A stretch of DNA of 63,887 nucleotides, filler included, from Octopus bimaculoides (lineage: Eukaryota), in the NCBI RefSeq assembly GCF_001194135.2. It is 5 parts of 5 records of this genome, joined end to end, with 100 filler letters (N's around TTAATTAATTAA, not from the genome) between each part and the next. Parts side by side here need not be neighbours in the genome. Positions count along the whole stretch, not along the records: positions 40,857 to 62,381 come from NC_068982.1; positions 62,482 to 63,887 come from NC_068985.1; 3 more parts are not named here. One strand, 5' to 3'. A program made the position numbers and the translations under genes. Below are positions 52,149 through 63,887 of the stretch, piece after piece; position 1 is the stretch's first letter; each line of letters begins with the position of its first letter. The notes below the pieces were generated by a model. It did no database searches. It was not told the origin of the DNA and worked only from the letters and a program-made list of their open reading frames with translations.

Positions 52149-52549
52149 CTGAAAAGTGAAAAAATTTAAAATAGACAAAAATGCCATTTTATTAACAAAA
52201 ATAAAATACTTTAATTTTCTGAGTACTTAATGTCAAATGTCAATCAAGCCAACACTCATACTGAATAGAAGTACTTATTTCTTCATAAGGTTCCTTGAAG
52301 CAATGAGGCAACCTCTAAATAATAGTTCAATATGCTAAAAATTAAAGTCAAATCATAACCTGTAGTCTTGAAACACTGGACATGTTATATAATGCATACC
52401 ATGATATACAATGCTCAGGAGAAAGACAAGATAGTCCTTGTTGGAATACCTTTAATTATTGGTCTGCTCAATTTAAAGATGATCTGAAGTTAAACAGCAC
52501 CAGTGGTTCCCACCAAGTAAATTCTTTCCCTATCTTCAGCCTTGAGATA

Positions 52550-53395
52550 TATGAGGTCTGATCAATAAGTATTTGAACTGTTGCCATAGTAACAAAGCTA
52601 GAGCACACAGAGTGAAGCCACTTAGTAAAGATTGGTTTTCACTTCTGCTGTTTACAACAGTGCTTGGAAGGAAGGTGTGTAGCATGTAATTGTTGCATTG
52701 ACCATGACAAAGAAAGTTGTCATGGTGATACCTGCTCAGAGACCTATGCAAAGTTGCAGAAAGTGTATGGAGAGAAGTGTATGAGCTACATGCATGTCTA
52801 TGAGTGATTCAAACATTTCCTAGATGGCCGAAAAAATGTCAATATTGACATTCTGGGAGACTTACAACCAACAGAAGTGAGAAAAACATCGTAGATGTGC
52901 AGGGAGCTGTGAAGGGAAATCATCAAATCACCATCCGTGAGTTATCAGAGGATGTGCAGATTAGTTACAGTTCAGTTCAGTCCATTATCACTGAAGATTT
53001 GGATATGAAATGCATGTCTGCCAAGTTTGTACCAAAACTGCTTTCAGCTGACCAAAAGGACATTTGGGTTTCAGTTGCACAAGATCTTGATTATGTTGTG
53101 AATGATGAAAAGGTTTTGAAAACTTTGTGTAGGCCTCTGAGCAGATATCACCAAGCTTTTGGCAAAATATGATGCAAATTCTCTGCTCAACTTGCACAGA
53201 CATTGTCAAGCGACAATCACACACTACACACCTTCCTTTCAAATACTTCTGTAAACAGCAGAAGTGAGCTAGAACGTTAAAACTTAAGGTGCATGCACAG
53301 CAGGGTTTATGGTCAATCTGTGCCCAGTGGCTTCACTCTGTGTGCTTTAGCTTCATTACTATAGCAACAGTCTCTGTATGTTCTTGAACAGAACA
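52550..53395. mobile_element. Two related mariner 5' ends in inverted orientation
   Basis: tatgaggtctgatcaataagtat TIR and HTH on plus. MSVQVEQRICIIFCQKLGDICSEAY with homologous 5' UTR on minus (53130-53395). Confidence 0.8.
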
Positions 53396-53559
53396 CACCA
53401 AAGCAAACATTTGCTACACTAGCTTTTCATCAATCAGTAGGACAAACCATAGCAGACATTTCATTATGTAATCAAGGAGAATGTTTTATTCCTTGTTGCT
53501 TCTTTTATTTAGCTATAGGAAATAGACGCCAGATTATCCAATAATTGAACTTTCCATTT

Positions 53560-54010
53560 TATTTGCTGGGACAAAGAATTTGCTGGGGCAGAGAATTTCA
53601 CTCTTGAAAAACCCCACAAGACTGGTGAGATTAATGCCATTAATGATCCATTGAAGGCCAGCATTGCAGGAAAAACAAGAAACAAGGAGAAGATTCCAGA
53701 GAGTGAAGAAAAGGGTGTTAGATGCATCAAGAGTGATGAGAGATAGAGAGACACATGAATTGGGATGTGCTTTGGGGTAGAGGTTGTACAAGACTAGCCA
53801 GCTCCATAGAGCAGAGATCATTATAGTAGCAAAAGAAAAGATAGGTAGCAGAGACAGCATGGCTGAGAACCAAAAGCTGGCAAGTGTCCATTAGTGATGG
53901 AGTGTCAATCAGCTAAATGATCTTTCTCTGGATGCAATCCAGGATGTCAGTATGCATAGTAGTATCATAGTAGTCCAATGTGAGAGCAATATCCTATGGT
54001 GGACCTCATT
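53560..54010 (-). mobile_element. CR1/Jockey-type LINE 3' remnant (same family as 33.9-34.4 kb)
   Basis: HTDILDCIQRKII.LIDTPSLMDT...YYNDLCSMEL. Confidence 0.65.
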
Positions 54011-54227
54011 TGAACCTTGTAGATGGTTGACTAATATCGTATTATCAAATGTCTCAAGCAACACTACTCAAAAGTCAATTTAAGGCGTTGCAGAGATTTA
54101 TATTTACATAGTAACACCATATTAACTGTAACAGTTATTAAAATTTCATAAAGTACAACACACTAATTGCTTTGAAACTAGAAAAACATAGCTAAAAGAA
54201 ATTAAAAGAAAATATATATATATGTAC

Positions 54228-54428
54228 CAGTTTTATTGTCAATGCCAAACTTTTTAGAACTGTCAAGAACTTCATATGTTACAAAGTCATTTTTATCTTC
54301 ATCAGTGGCTGTAAGTGTTGCAATAATACTTCCGACAGGATAGTTTTCAACCAAATTTAGTAATGTAAAATTTTCTCTAAAAACTGGGTAACAATCATTT
54401 ATATCCTTGATTGTAATTGTCAAAGTTC
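54228..54428 (-). CDS. Cadherin internal exon, 201 nt, phase 1 to 1
   Basis: Acceptor tttcctcag, donor G|gtacat. GTLTITIKDINDCYPVF...ATDEDKNDFVTY...FGIDNKTG. Confidence 0.95.
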
Positions 54429-54818
54429 CTGAGGAAAGAAAAGAAGAAAGTGAGTACTTTGAATTTAGAAATTATTATTTTCTCCAATAATTCACTGTGT
54501 TATTAATTCATTAAGGGATTTAAAGGTTATCAAATATTACTACAATATTTTATGCTCTATTTTATAACTGTAAATATGAAGCAAAAAAATTATTGAACAA
54601 ATTCTATTACTTGTTTCAGTCATTTGACCATGCTGGAGCACCACCTTTAGTTGGACAAATTGACTCCAGGACTTATTCTTTGTAAGCCTGGTACTTATTC
54701 TATCAGGCTCTTTTACTGAACCGCTATGTTACAGAGATGCAAACACGCTAACATTGGTTGTCAAGCGATGGATAGAGGATAAACATAGACATACACAAAC
54801 GAATATATACATACATAC

Positions 54819-54851
<33 letters not shown>

Positions 54852-56290
54852 NNNNNNNNNNNNNNNNNNNNNNNNNNNNNNNNNNNNNNNNNNNNNNNNN
54901 NNNNNNNNNNNNNNNNNNNNNNNNNNNNNNNNNNNNNNNNNNNNNNNNNNNNNNNNNNNNNNNNNNNNNNNNNNNNNNNNNNNNNNNNNNNNNNNNNNNN
55001 NNNNNNNNNNNNNNNNNNNNNNNNNNNNNNNNNNNNNNNNNNNNNNNNNNNNNNNNNNNNNNNNNNNNNNNNNNNNNNNAATTCTTACATTAAATTTTGT
55101 TCTTGCAATGGTAAATTCGCTGGGTAGAGGTTTGCTTGTGGTAGACTGGTTAGTTTCATTGAGTAATTAGGGTGGGGTGAGTATTATTTAGGTACAGGGT
55201 TTCTGGTTCAATTAAGCACATTTTTTCGCATGTGTGTATTATATATATATATATAAATATATACAACGGGCTTCTTTCAGTTTCCATCTATCAAATCCGT
55301 TCACAAGGCTTTGGTCGGCATGAGGCTATAGTAGAAGACACTTGCCCAAGGCGCCATGCAGTGGGACTGAACCTGGAACCATGTGGTTGGGAAGCAAGCT
55401 TGTTACCACATAGTCACTTTCTATTTCTTGTGTCAGTTACGAGAAAAGACATGATTTTAATTTTATGAATGTAGGATTATCGTTTTAGGAGTGTTACTTG
55501 ATTTGGTGATGCTATTTTCTTCAGTGATGCAACTATATCCCTAGCTTGAGTAATGTATGCTCATTTTAACAAGTACTGCATAAAAGTGTCATTACTACGA
55601 GGTTAAAAATGAAAAGACAAGTGTTGAAATTATAAGCTTATTTTTAAAATTTAAAATAGGTGTTACAGAAACATTTTTATTTGATTAAGGAGAAAGGGAC
55701 AGTGGGACAGTAAAAGATAATTTGCAGTAGATGAGAATAAGCTAATTTTTGCAATAAGTTACAGAGTAACTATAAACTTCTGTAACATACCCTAAATATT
55801 TGACTTTACCATTGAATTTAGACAATATTGGTTATTAATAGGGCAAAGAGGTTGGCAATTACCAACCCATTGCTTAGCTTAACCTCCTATGCTAAGTATT
55901 AACAGGTACCCTTGCAGGGAAAATATATACGTTCCTTGCGGAAAACAATCTTCTACCAGTAGAACAAAAGGGATGCTGAAAAGNNNNNNNNNNNNNNNNN
56001 NNNNNNNNNNNNNNNNNNNNNNNNNNNNNNNNNNNNNNNNNNNNNNNNNNNNNNNNNNNNNNNNNNNNNNNNNNNNNNNNNNNNNNNNNNNNNNNNNNNN
56101 NNNNNNNNNNNNNNNNNNNNNNNNNNNNNNNNNNNNNNNNNNNNNNNNNNNNNNNNNNNNNNNNNNNNNNNNNNNNNNNNNNNNNNNNNNNNNNNNNNNN
56201 NNNNNNNNNNNNNNNNNNNNNNNNNNNNNNNNNNNNNNNNNNNNNNNNNNNNNNNNNNNNNNNNNNNNNNNNNNNNNNNNNNNNNNNNNN

Positions 56291-56332
56291 TAGAGTAATA
56301 TTTCCCGTATTGTGATCAATCTCAAAATATGG
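56291..56332 (-). CDS. Cadherin exon, 5' part only (PYFEIDHNTGNITL), running into gap 55984-56290
   Basis: Acceptor ccatttcag, phase 0 matching the upstream exon. FxIDxxTGxI motif. Absent from the supplied ORF track; supplies the phase 0-to-1 change needed before the next exon. Confidence 0.85.
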
Positions 56333-57236
56333 CTGAAATGGATTGCAGGATTATGATTAGCATTTTCTTTTGGTTTCTATGAATATGATGCCAGGATTTT
56401 TTTTAACTTCGAAATAATTATGGGTGAACTTGATAGACAAGAACTGAAAGAAGCTTGTCTCGCATGTGTGTGTGTGTATGTGTTTGTGTGTGTGCGTGTG
56501 TGTGACTTTGTGTGTGTGCATGTGTTTGTGTGTGTCCAATGGTCTTGACATTTCATGACATGTAAATGAACATATTTTCCAATCTTCAATGGAAACATGC
56601 CTGACCACTGGAAAATATTGCCTTGCTTGGAATAGATGACAGATAGCAATGAAAAGAGCATCTAGCTATCTACTTCAATGGATTTCATCTGGTTCATGCA
56701 AAAATTAGAAAATGGATTTTAAACCAATTAAATGACTCAGTAATACCTAATCTGAGAAGGAATTAAATTCCAGATTGTTTACTAACTTCTGTTAAGGCTT
56801 TTAAACACAACTCTACAAAATTTAACCTCTTGTAAAAAAAACTGGCCAACAAAGGATTCTTGGTCACTTGACATGATAGAAACAGTTGCTAAATTTCCCT
56901 CAAATCACATCCAACCATGTTAAGTGGAAAAAGTTTAGATACTGTATTCCAGGATTTGATTTGTTTGAAAAAATAAATGTGATTGTCACAGTTGGAATGC
57001 CTTAAACTGGAGCTAAATAACAAGAACAACAGCTAACACCTTTTATCTTCAGTCGAGGGATTAATTTTAGAATTGTCTTTGGTCTGTAAATTACACTCCA
57101 ACAATTTATGCAAGTGTTTTGAATTTGAAAAATATAAGAACTAGTGAAAAATAGGCCTTAAAAACTTTGTTACACATTCTGAAAAACAAGTTCTATTTCA
57201 AGCAAAGGAAAATATAACTGTCCAAAAATATCTTAC

Positions 57237-57673
57237 CACAATACTATTTTCATTGACTTCTCTTCCTTTTCCATCTATTTCAATTGTCTCTTGTGAAATA
57301 TTGAAAATCAGCTTACTATTCAAATCCTCATCTGTAGCTTTTATTGAAGTAATATAAGAATTAACAGTTATGTTTTCATAAAGTTCTATGTTTGTTTTAC
57401 CCAGTTTCAGTTCTGGCGTTTCATCATTAACGTCTTCTACAATGACATTTACTTCAGTAGTGGCTGTTATAGGTGGAGTTCCTCCATCAATGGCAAGAAT
57501 GGTAAAATTATAAAAGGATTTATTTTCACGGTTTAATTTACTGCTGAGAAAAATACTTCCATCCTCTGAATTTATGCGAAAGACACTGGTTTGTGTTTTT
57601 AGACGGTAGTTCACCCGATTGAATGGACTTGTCATATCATCATCTTTTGCAGTAACATTTAAAAGCCAACTAT
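57237..57673 (-). CDS. Non-classical cadherin, internal exon (EC repeats), 437 nt, phase 1 to 0
   Basis: Acceptor ttccttgcag, donor GTG|gtaaga. Cadherin motifs AKDDD, LNRE, AIDGG, VEDVNDETP, ATDED. Confidence 0.95.
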
Positions 57674-57864
57674 CTGCAAGGAATATAATTAGAGAATATA
57701 AGAAGACCATTTTTGCAAAATGTTTCATTTACTAAATGTTACAATGGACCGATATTGTAAACCCTCTTTCCAAAGAGTTAACAATTTGTACCTTGTTATT
57801 GACATTACGCTGTCTCCATGGCTAAGACAGATAACACTTGCTTATCTAGTCAACNNNNNNNNNN

Positions 57865-58182
57865 TCGTGAAATTAACGTGCAAGTGGCTGAGCACTCCAC
57901 AGACACGTGTACCCTTCATGTAGTTCTCGGGGATATTCAGCATGACACAGAGTGACAAGGCTGGCCCTTTGAAATACAGGTACAACAGAAACAGGAAGTA
58001 AGAGTGAGAGGAAGTTGTGGTGAAAGAGTACAGCAGGGTTCGACACCATCCCCTGCAGGAGCCTCGTGGAGCCTTAGGTGTTTTCGCTCAATAAACACTC
58101 ACAACGCCCGGTCTGGGAATTGAAACCGCGATCTTATGACCGTGAGTCCGCTGCCCTAACCACTGGGCCATTGCGCCTCCAC
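57865..58182 (-). mobile_element. CpG-rich, probably young tRNA-derived SINE; relatives at 9890-10182 (-), 16207-16490 (+), 42835-43100 (+), 35130-35290 (-)
   Basis: Head gtggaggcgcaatggcccagtggttagggc...gtttcaattcccagaccgggcg with A and B boxes. Confidence 0.85.
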
Positions 58183-58839
58183 ACTGATATTGTAAACCTT
58201 TACACAGAGTTAACAATCTGTACCTTGTTATTGACATTATGCTGTCTCCATGGCTAAGACAGACAACACTTGCTCATCCAGTCTACCAGGATGTTAATAC
58301 GTATTATATGCAGTAGTACCTATTGATGAATGTTTCACTTATAACTAAATAATTGGCTTCTAACAAAGCCACAAATATAATGAGAGAAAACAATCATAGA
58401 GATCTAATTAAATACCACAAGGCCTTTATTTGACACCCTACCAGTTTTGTAACTTAACCATCTTTATTAGATAATTGATGATTGTTTCAATCAGTTAAAA
58501 GCATGGAAGTCAGACACTACCATGAGCATAGCTTGGAAATAACTGATTAGTAGAAGTGTATACTGTGATAGTTGCATTGGGATGCTGATCTGGTATCCTG
58601 ATATGTATATAGAATTCTCAAAGGAAGCCTTACTTCTATATGAAACATTAAAAAAATTTTTTAAGATTTTGATATGCTGTGGTGAAAACCACAAAGAACT
58701 GAGAACACTACTAGAAACAGTACAGCGTGGTTCTCGAAAAGTGAGCTGTGTAAATTGCAGTTATGAACATTCAACATTTGTCCTATAAGAATGAAACATA
58801 ACACATTGTGATGAGGATGACAACTGGAAAACATTCAAA

Positions 58840-59870
58840 CTTGAACAACTTGGAGGAAGCTAGTGCCTGGTTGATACAGTTTGAAGCAAAAATTGAATGC
58901 AATGACATTGAAGATGTCAAAAAGAAGCCAACATTTCTGTGGAGTTGAAGCCATAATGAAGTTAAAAGATGTTCTTTTCCCAGTAACCCTTCAGAATGCA
59001 ACATGCCAACAAACAATGAATGCATTGCAACAACTAGTAAAGCCAAAGGAGAAACTGTTAATTGCAGACAGATTAAAATTATTGGAACTGATGTAACTAG
59101 AGAATCAGTCAATCAACAACTTCCTTCTTAGTATTAATTTTCAAGTTTCTTTCTGCCATTTGAATAGGTTGATAGAAAATTCAGAAGAGAAGATGAAACT
59201 CATTTTCATTGTGGGATTATTATCAGCAGAGGTAAAGTTAGAAATTTTGAATCAGTTACGGTGTCAATCTAAAATGAAATACACTGAAAGAGCTGCTTTC
59301 ACATCCACCACAGAATCAGAAACGCTATTTGTGAGTAGTTGACAAACAATAACAAACTTTTGTGTCAACAAGAATACCCCCAGTAGCAGTCATGACGTTG
59401 TAGAGAAATGTTGAAATTGTGGGCATACACGCAAAGCTCATGCACGTCTAGCATATGGGAAAAGTTGTAATAAATGTGGTAAATTAGGGTATTTTACAAG
59501 ATTTTGGCAATCTAGAAATAGTCGCTGAGTGGACAAAATGAATGTATCTCCGAGCAAGACTGGATCTGTCAACAGTTTATTGCTAAATGTGAACAACAAT
59601 GTGAGTGCAAATAACATGGGTTTTTTAAAAGTGCTTTATAAATAAAAGAAGCATAGATATGAAAGTGGATACTGGGGCAGCTTGTTTGATAGTCCTGTTA
59701 TCATTTGCTTCACAGTTAGGTCTCCCAACTGAATCGTGCCACAACAGATTAACCACTTTTGATGGTTCAGATCTAAAGTTTGCTGGATTTATCCAAGTGA
59801 CATTGTTGAGTCCCGAAAATTTATTGTGGTAGACAGCCCATACTTTATATATTTGGAAATCTCATGATGG
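58840..59870 (+). mobile_element. Ty3/Gypsy gag-protease remnant
   Basis: Degenerate zinc knuckle (KSCNKCGKLGYF) and aspartic protease motif MKVDTGA (~59660-59680). Confidence 0.7.
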
Positions 59871-59899
59871 CTTCTCTAGCATACATAAGGGTTACAAGA

Positions 59900-60640
59900 G
59901 CAGTACAAAGAATGGGGAGAGACCAAAGCTCCCTTTGCAACACAAACTTAAGGAAACTGGCAAGTCACTTGATCTCTTACCAATCAGGTAAACAGACAAC
60001 CTAAATAGTTCTTATCCTCACTAGGAAATGAAGTAGGCAGATGTTTGTAATTGCAAAGTATTTCTCTGGTAAAAAAATGTACGACTCAACACAGTAATGA
60101 ATGACTCCAAAGTAAGAGTTAGACAGATTCAGAGATGAAAAGCAATTTGGTAAAGAAAGGCATGGAAGCTGAGAGAGCTCTCAGCTAGTGATGGATAAAG
60201 AGATATACTAGCAGATGCTTATGACTCATAAGTAGAAGGAAATGGTGACCTAATACAGAGAGGAAACCTGAAAATTTCTACGACACAATTTGCTGAGGGC
60301 TATAGACCAGATCTATTGCTGCTGCACGGTTCCAACCAGATGGAAAGTGATGTGCTGGTAGGATTCTACATTAGATAGAGCCATAGAGAAATTTGGGAAA
60401 AACTAAAAGAAATACCAAAGAAGATAATCAAGCAGCTAGAAGAGAAGTCAGGCATTAAGTACACTTAGTGAGGGAAGGTGTAGAAAGTACGAACATAATC
60501 TACAAGATTACAAGAGAGTATGGTAGAGGAAATCATGATGATGTTGGTAAGAAAGAGGCATGGAAGTGATATTATGAGATATTTTTAAATGGAAAAGATC
60601 CGTCCATCTGTGCTAGCAAAGCATAACAAATGTTACACTG
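59900..60640 (+). mobile_element. RTE LINE endonuclease C-terminal remnant
   Basis: RKLASHLISYQSG...LILTRK...KCTTQH, homologous to the minus-strand copy at 60.8-60.9 kb. Confidence 0.6.
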
Positions 60641-60659
60641 ATAATAGCGATCATCAGAG

Positions 60660-61550
60660 TCTTCCAGTAGAATGTCTCTAAATTTTTATTGGTTTGTTGG
60701 GTTTTTGAGATTCCATAATCTTCTTTTCCATCATGGTCTATGTTTTTGAGTCTCTCTAACCCTAATTCTGAAGCCATTAACTAACAACCTATGTTGGGGT
60801 GTACACTCTTCACCTGGGAAAGACTTTGCATTTGTGAATATCAGTCTGCCTTCTTGCCTGGTGAGGAGATTAATCAATCTGGTTTATGTTCCAACCAGAC
60901 TGATAAGTAATTAGATGGCTGACTGGCTTTCTAAAATTAGTGTTGCAGATCACGAGATCATTTGCATCACAGAACTCATATAGCCTTGTACCTTCCTCAT
61001 TCCTGGGGCCAAAGCCATGCACACCATGAAATCCATGAGAATGCTGCCCAACATGTCCATTAAAATCGCCAGCTACAATAATGAAGTCTGTCTCATTTGT
61101 CGTTGAGGTAGTCTACAAAAGGACCTCATAGAATCGGTCCTTCTGATCATCAGCCAGACTAGCCTGAGGAGCATAGGCAGAGATAAATGTAATTGTTAAT
61201 TTATCTATGATAAGCCTCAACTTAATAACCCTAATGCACATGCTGACTACCTCAATTACTTTATGTACCGACTTTTCCACTAACAATACACCACCTACTC
61301 CATCACTCCTGCTTCCCTAGAAGAATTTAAACCTGTTTCTTACCTGTGAGGAATCTATCAGAGGCTCCTTTCCATCTCACTTATTGCCCACCACACACAC
61401 TGACATGGTGACGCTCCATCATTTTCACAATCTCAAAAGATCTCCCCTTCGTTGATCTCCTTCAACAGATCTCCTCTTTAACATTGATGCTTGCAGCCCT
61501 ACAACTGTATACTTGGGAGGGACAACAGGAAGGTAGTCACTGCAAAGCCT
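60660..61550 (-). mobile_element. RTE LINE apurinic endonuclease domain
   Basis: ISAYAPQ...VAGDFNGHVG...HGFGPRNEEG...NTNFRKP...QHRLLV. Confidence 0.85.
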
Positions 61551-62481
61551 TTGTTCATGTTTGAAAAGAAGATCTGTGTAAACGTTTGCTAGGCAGTGTA
61601 GTGTACATCATGAATTTGATTCAATCAAGTATAATTTTCTGCCTTCTATACAGCATCTGGATTAAGGATCAGTAAAGAGATGGGGGTTAAGAAGGGCATG
61701 AAGTAGCCTTATATGTCTATATACATATATACCTTGGTACAGCATGTATTCAGTTCAATGAAGTACAATTTCCTCACTCTCATACAGCATCCAGATTAAG
61801 GCCCAGTACAGAGAGAGATAAGAAGGGCATGAAAGTAGTCAATATATATCCATTTATACATACACGGTATTAACCATATATGTTAATACACACATATATT
61901 GAATATGTCTACATATACAAACACTACACAGCATGGTGTATGAATTACATTTTTCTAAATCTTGTACGACTCTATTTCTGTCTGTCAGCCCTTTCACTCT
62001 TATTCATTCATTCCACTCTTCATTCTTTTGTTTCCCCCTCTCTCACATTTCCTTGCCTTCTCTTCTTGCTCACTTTCCCTCCAATTTTCACTTCACTGTG
62101 TCCCTGTCATTTTTTCTCACTCCTCTTTAATTCTTTTGTCCCTCTGTCTCTACCTCTCTCTCTTCTCTTCCCACATGACCAGCGTTCGGCCAAATCTGAT
62201 CTTTCTTTCTTGGTTGGCCATTGTCCGTTCAACATCGATATTCCTCCCTGTGCCTGTGAAATCTTGTATACCTGCTGTAAGGCTTTATTTCCAAACATGC
62301 CAGCTTAATTTAATTTGTCCTTAGTCGAAAGACACCTGTTGTTATGTCCTGTTATTATTTTTATTGTATTTGTGTAACATTNNNNNNNNNNNNNNNNNNN
62401 NNNNNNNNNNNNNNNNNNNNNNNNNTTAATTAATTAANNNNNNNNNNNNNNNNNNNNNNNNNNNNNNNNNNNNNNNNNNNN

Positions 62482-62840
62482 TGGGAATGACAGCGAAACG
62501 GGCTGATTACTACCTAGCTCAGATACCAGGAAACCCCAAAATGGCTGAAGTCCAAAAGATAGTGCTCATGGGAACTGCCCATATCCTACGTAAAATACTG
62601 TCTATGTGATCTCAAATTTTAAAGCAAACATAATTTTCTTATGGTTTCTTAAACATTCACTTGAACAAAACTGTACAAATCCAAATATATGGTACCCTAG
62701 GCATAACACCTACATGAACTTCTAACTTGTTGTCTCTTGAGGTCTCTGGGTGAGACTTGGATCCAACTTGTACAAATGCAAAACAAAAGTCAAACATAAA
62801 ATAATAATAATAATAATAATAACAACAATAATAATAATAA
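62482..62840 (+). mobile_element. RLE-type LINE extreme 3' end with (AAT)n tail
   Basis: GMTAKRADYYLAQIPGNPKMAEVQKIVLMGTAHILRKILSM*, then a UTR and an (AAT/AAC)n tract. Confidence 0.75.
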
Positions 62841-63450
62841 TAGCAAACATGACAAGGTAGTGTGGAAACTTCACTGGCTACTATGCTGGACATATGGATG
62901 TGAAGTAATGGATATTTGGTACCAACATATCCCAGAAAAGGTAATGGGTGAAAAAGAGAAGGCAAAAATCCTCTGGGACTTTGACTTCCAAACAGTCAAG
63001 GTTTTAGAGCACCAAAGGCCGGACATGATAACCTTTGGGAGGGACAAACAAGAGTGCCTAATAATCGATGTGGCAGTGCAAGGGGGTCAACATATTATCA
63101 TGAAAGAAAGAGAAAAATTGATAAATATGGAGACCTGAGAATTGAGATCACTAAGATGTGGCAGCTGCAAGAGTCAAACATAAAGGTTGTCCCAGTTGTC
63201 ATCGGAGCTTTGGGTCCAATACCACCCAATCTGAACAAAACATCAGAAAACCCTAGAAATACCCGACAATCTAGGTGTATTGCAAAAGGCGGCATTATTT
63301 GGAACTGCATGCATATTGCATAAATACGGTATGTCTAGGATGCTTGTTGTGACTTGACAGACATTGCAAACTCCCAGTAGACACAATATCTTCAATCAAC
63401 AACACCACAATATTGGATACTGTGCGATGTCTTAAATAATATTAATAACA
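62841..63450 (+). mobile_element. R4/Dong-like LINE restriction-like endonuclease domain
   Basis: HDKV..LHW.LC...KILWDF.FQT...RPDM...CLIIDVAV, then (shifted frame) KIDKYGDLRIEITKMW...VVPVVIGALG. Confidence 0.85.
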
Positions 63451-63459
63451 AATTGTAAA

Positions 63460-63720
63460 GAAAGTATATGCAAAATTAAAAAAATTTAATTACTTAAAAT
63501 TCGAAATTACAAGAATTTGGAATGTGAAAGCTGTAAATGTTGTGTCTGTAATAAATGGTGCATTGGGAATGGTGAGTAAAGATATAGACAAATGGTTGAA
63601 GGCGATTGGAATAGAATGTCCTGTAGAACATCTGCAGAAAATTTGCCTCTTATGGGCAGGAAAGATTATCAGAAGGGTTTTGAGCAGTTGAAAGATTATT
63701 GAAAGTCTGCAGGTATCTAA
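63460..63720 (+). mobile_element. Third RLE-type LINE 3' fragment
   Basis: FEITRIWNVKAVNVVSVINGALGMVSKDIDKWLKAIGIECPVEHLQKICLL. Confidence 0.75.
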
Positions 63721-63887
63721 AATAACAGCTAGTAACCCACTACCCATATAAATTCTTCCAGGAGTAAGACCAAACCTGAGTCAAGTCCAATATTAAAAAC
63801 AAGACCACTTGGAGAGTGCAAACCTCCACCTAGGCAGCACCTTCTCAACGATTAGCAGGAGTTGATTTATATATATGTATATATATA

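Noticed and set aside
58300-58370. SSIGTTAY cadherin-like peptide on the minus strand
   Set aside because: Bracketed by in-frame stops with no compatible splice sites.
1-63887. Genuine tRNA genes, CRISPR arrays or prokaryotic operons
   Set aside because: All A/B-box heads continue into SINE bodies. No repeat-spacer arrays or bacterial-type ORFs seen.

Overview
AT-rich, repeat-dense animal genomic DNA from a gapped short-read scaffold. The SINE/LINE and microsatellite content suggests Octopus (inference). Two host loci lie on the minus strand. (1) The 3' part of a large non-classical cadherin: about 5 EC repeats, a TM exon and short cytoplasmic exons with CDH23/Cad87A-88C-type motifs, at ~57.7-41.3 kb. 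Its 5' end is probably beyond the window and its last exon is unresolved. (2) Two intact, ~40% identical clarin-family first coding exons in tandem (20002-19765 and 11722-11494). Both end at the same phase-1 donor, and no clarin exon 2/3 was found between or after them. The rest is TE debris: tRNA-derived SINEs, RTE, CR1/Jockey-like and R4/Dong-like LINEs, mariner/Tc1 and Gypsy fragments. Leading observations: a possible alternative-first-exon clarin locus with POU4 and proneural motifs beside a CDH23-like cadherin, a Penelope-type hammerhead ribozyme motif inside a perfect 78-bp inverted repeat, a 28S rRNA/LINE chimera, candidate microexons and two orphan promoter-like elements. All translations and comparisons were done by eye; no database searches were run.
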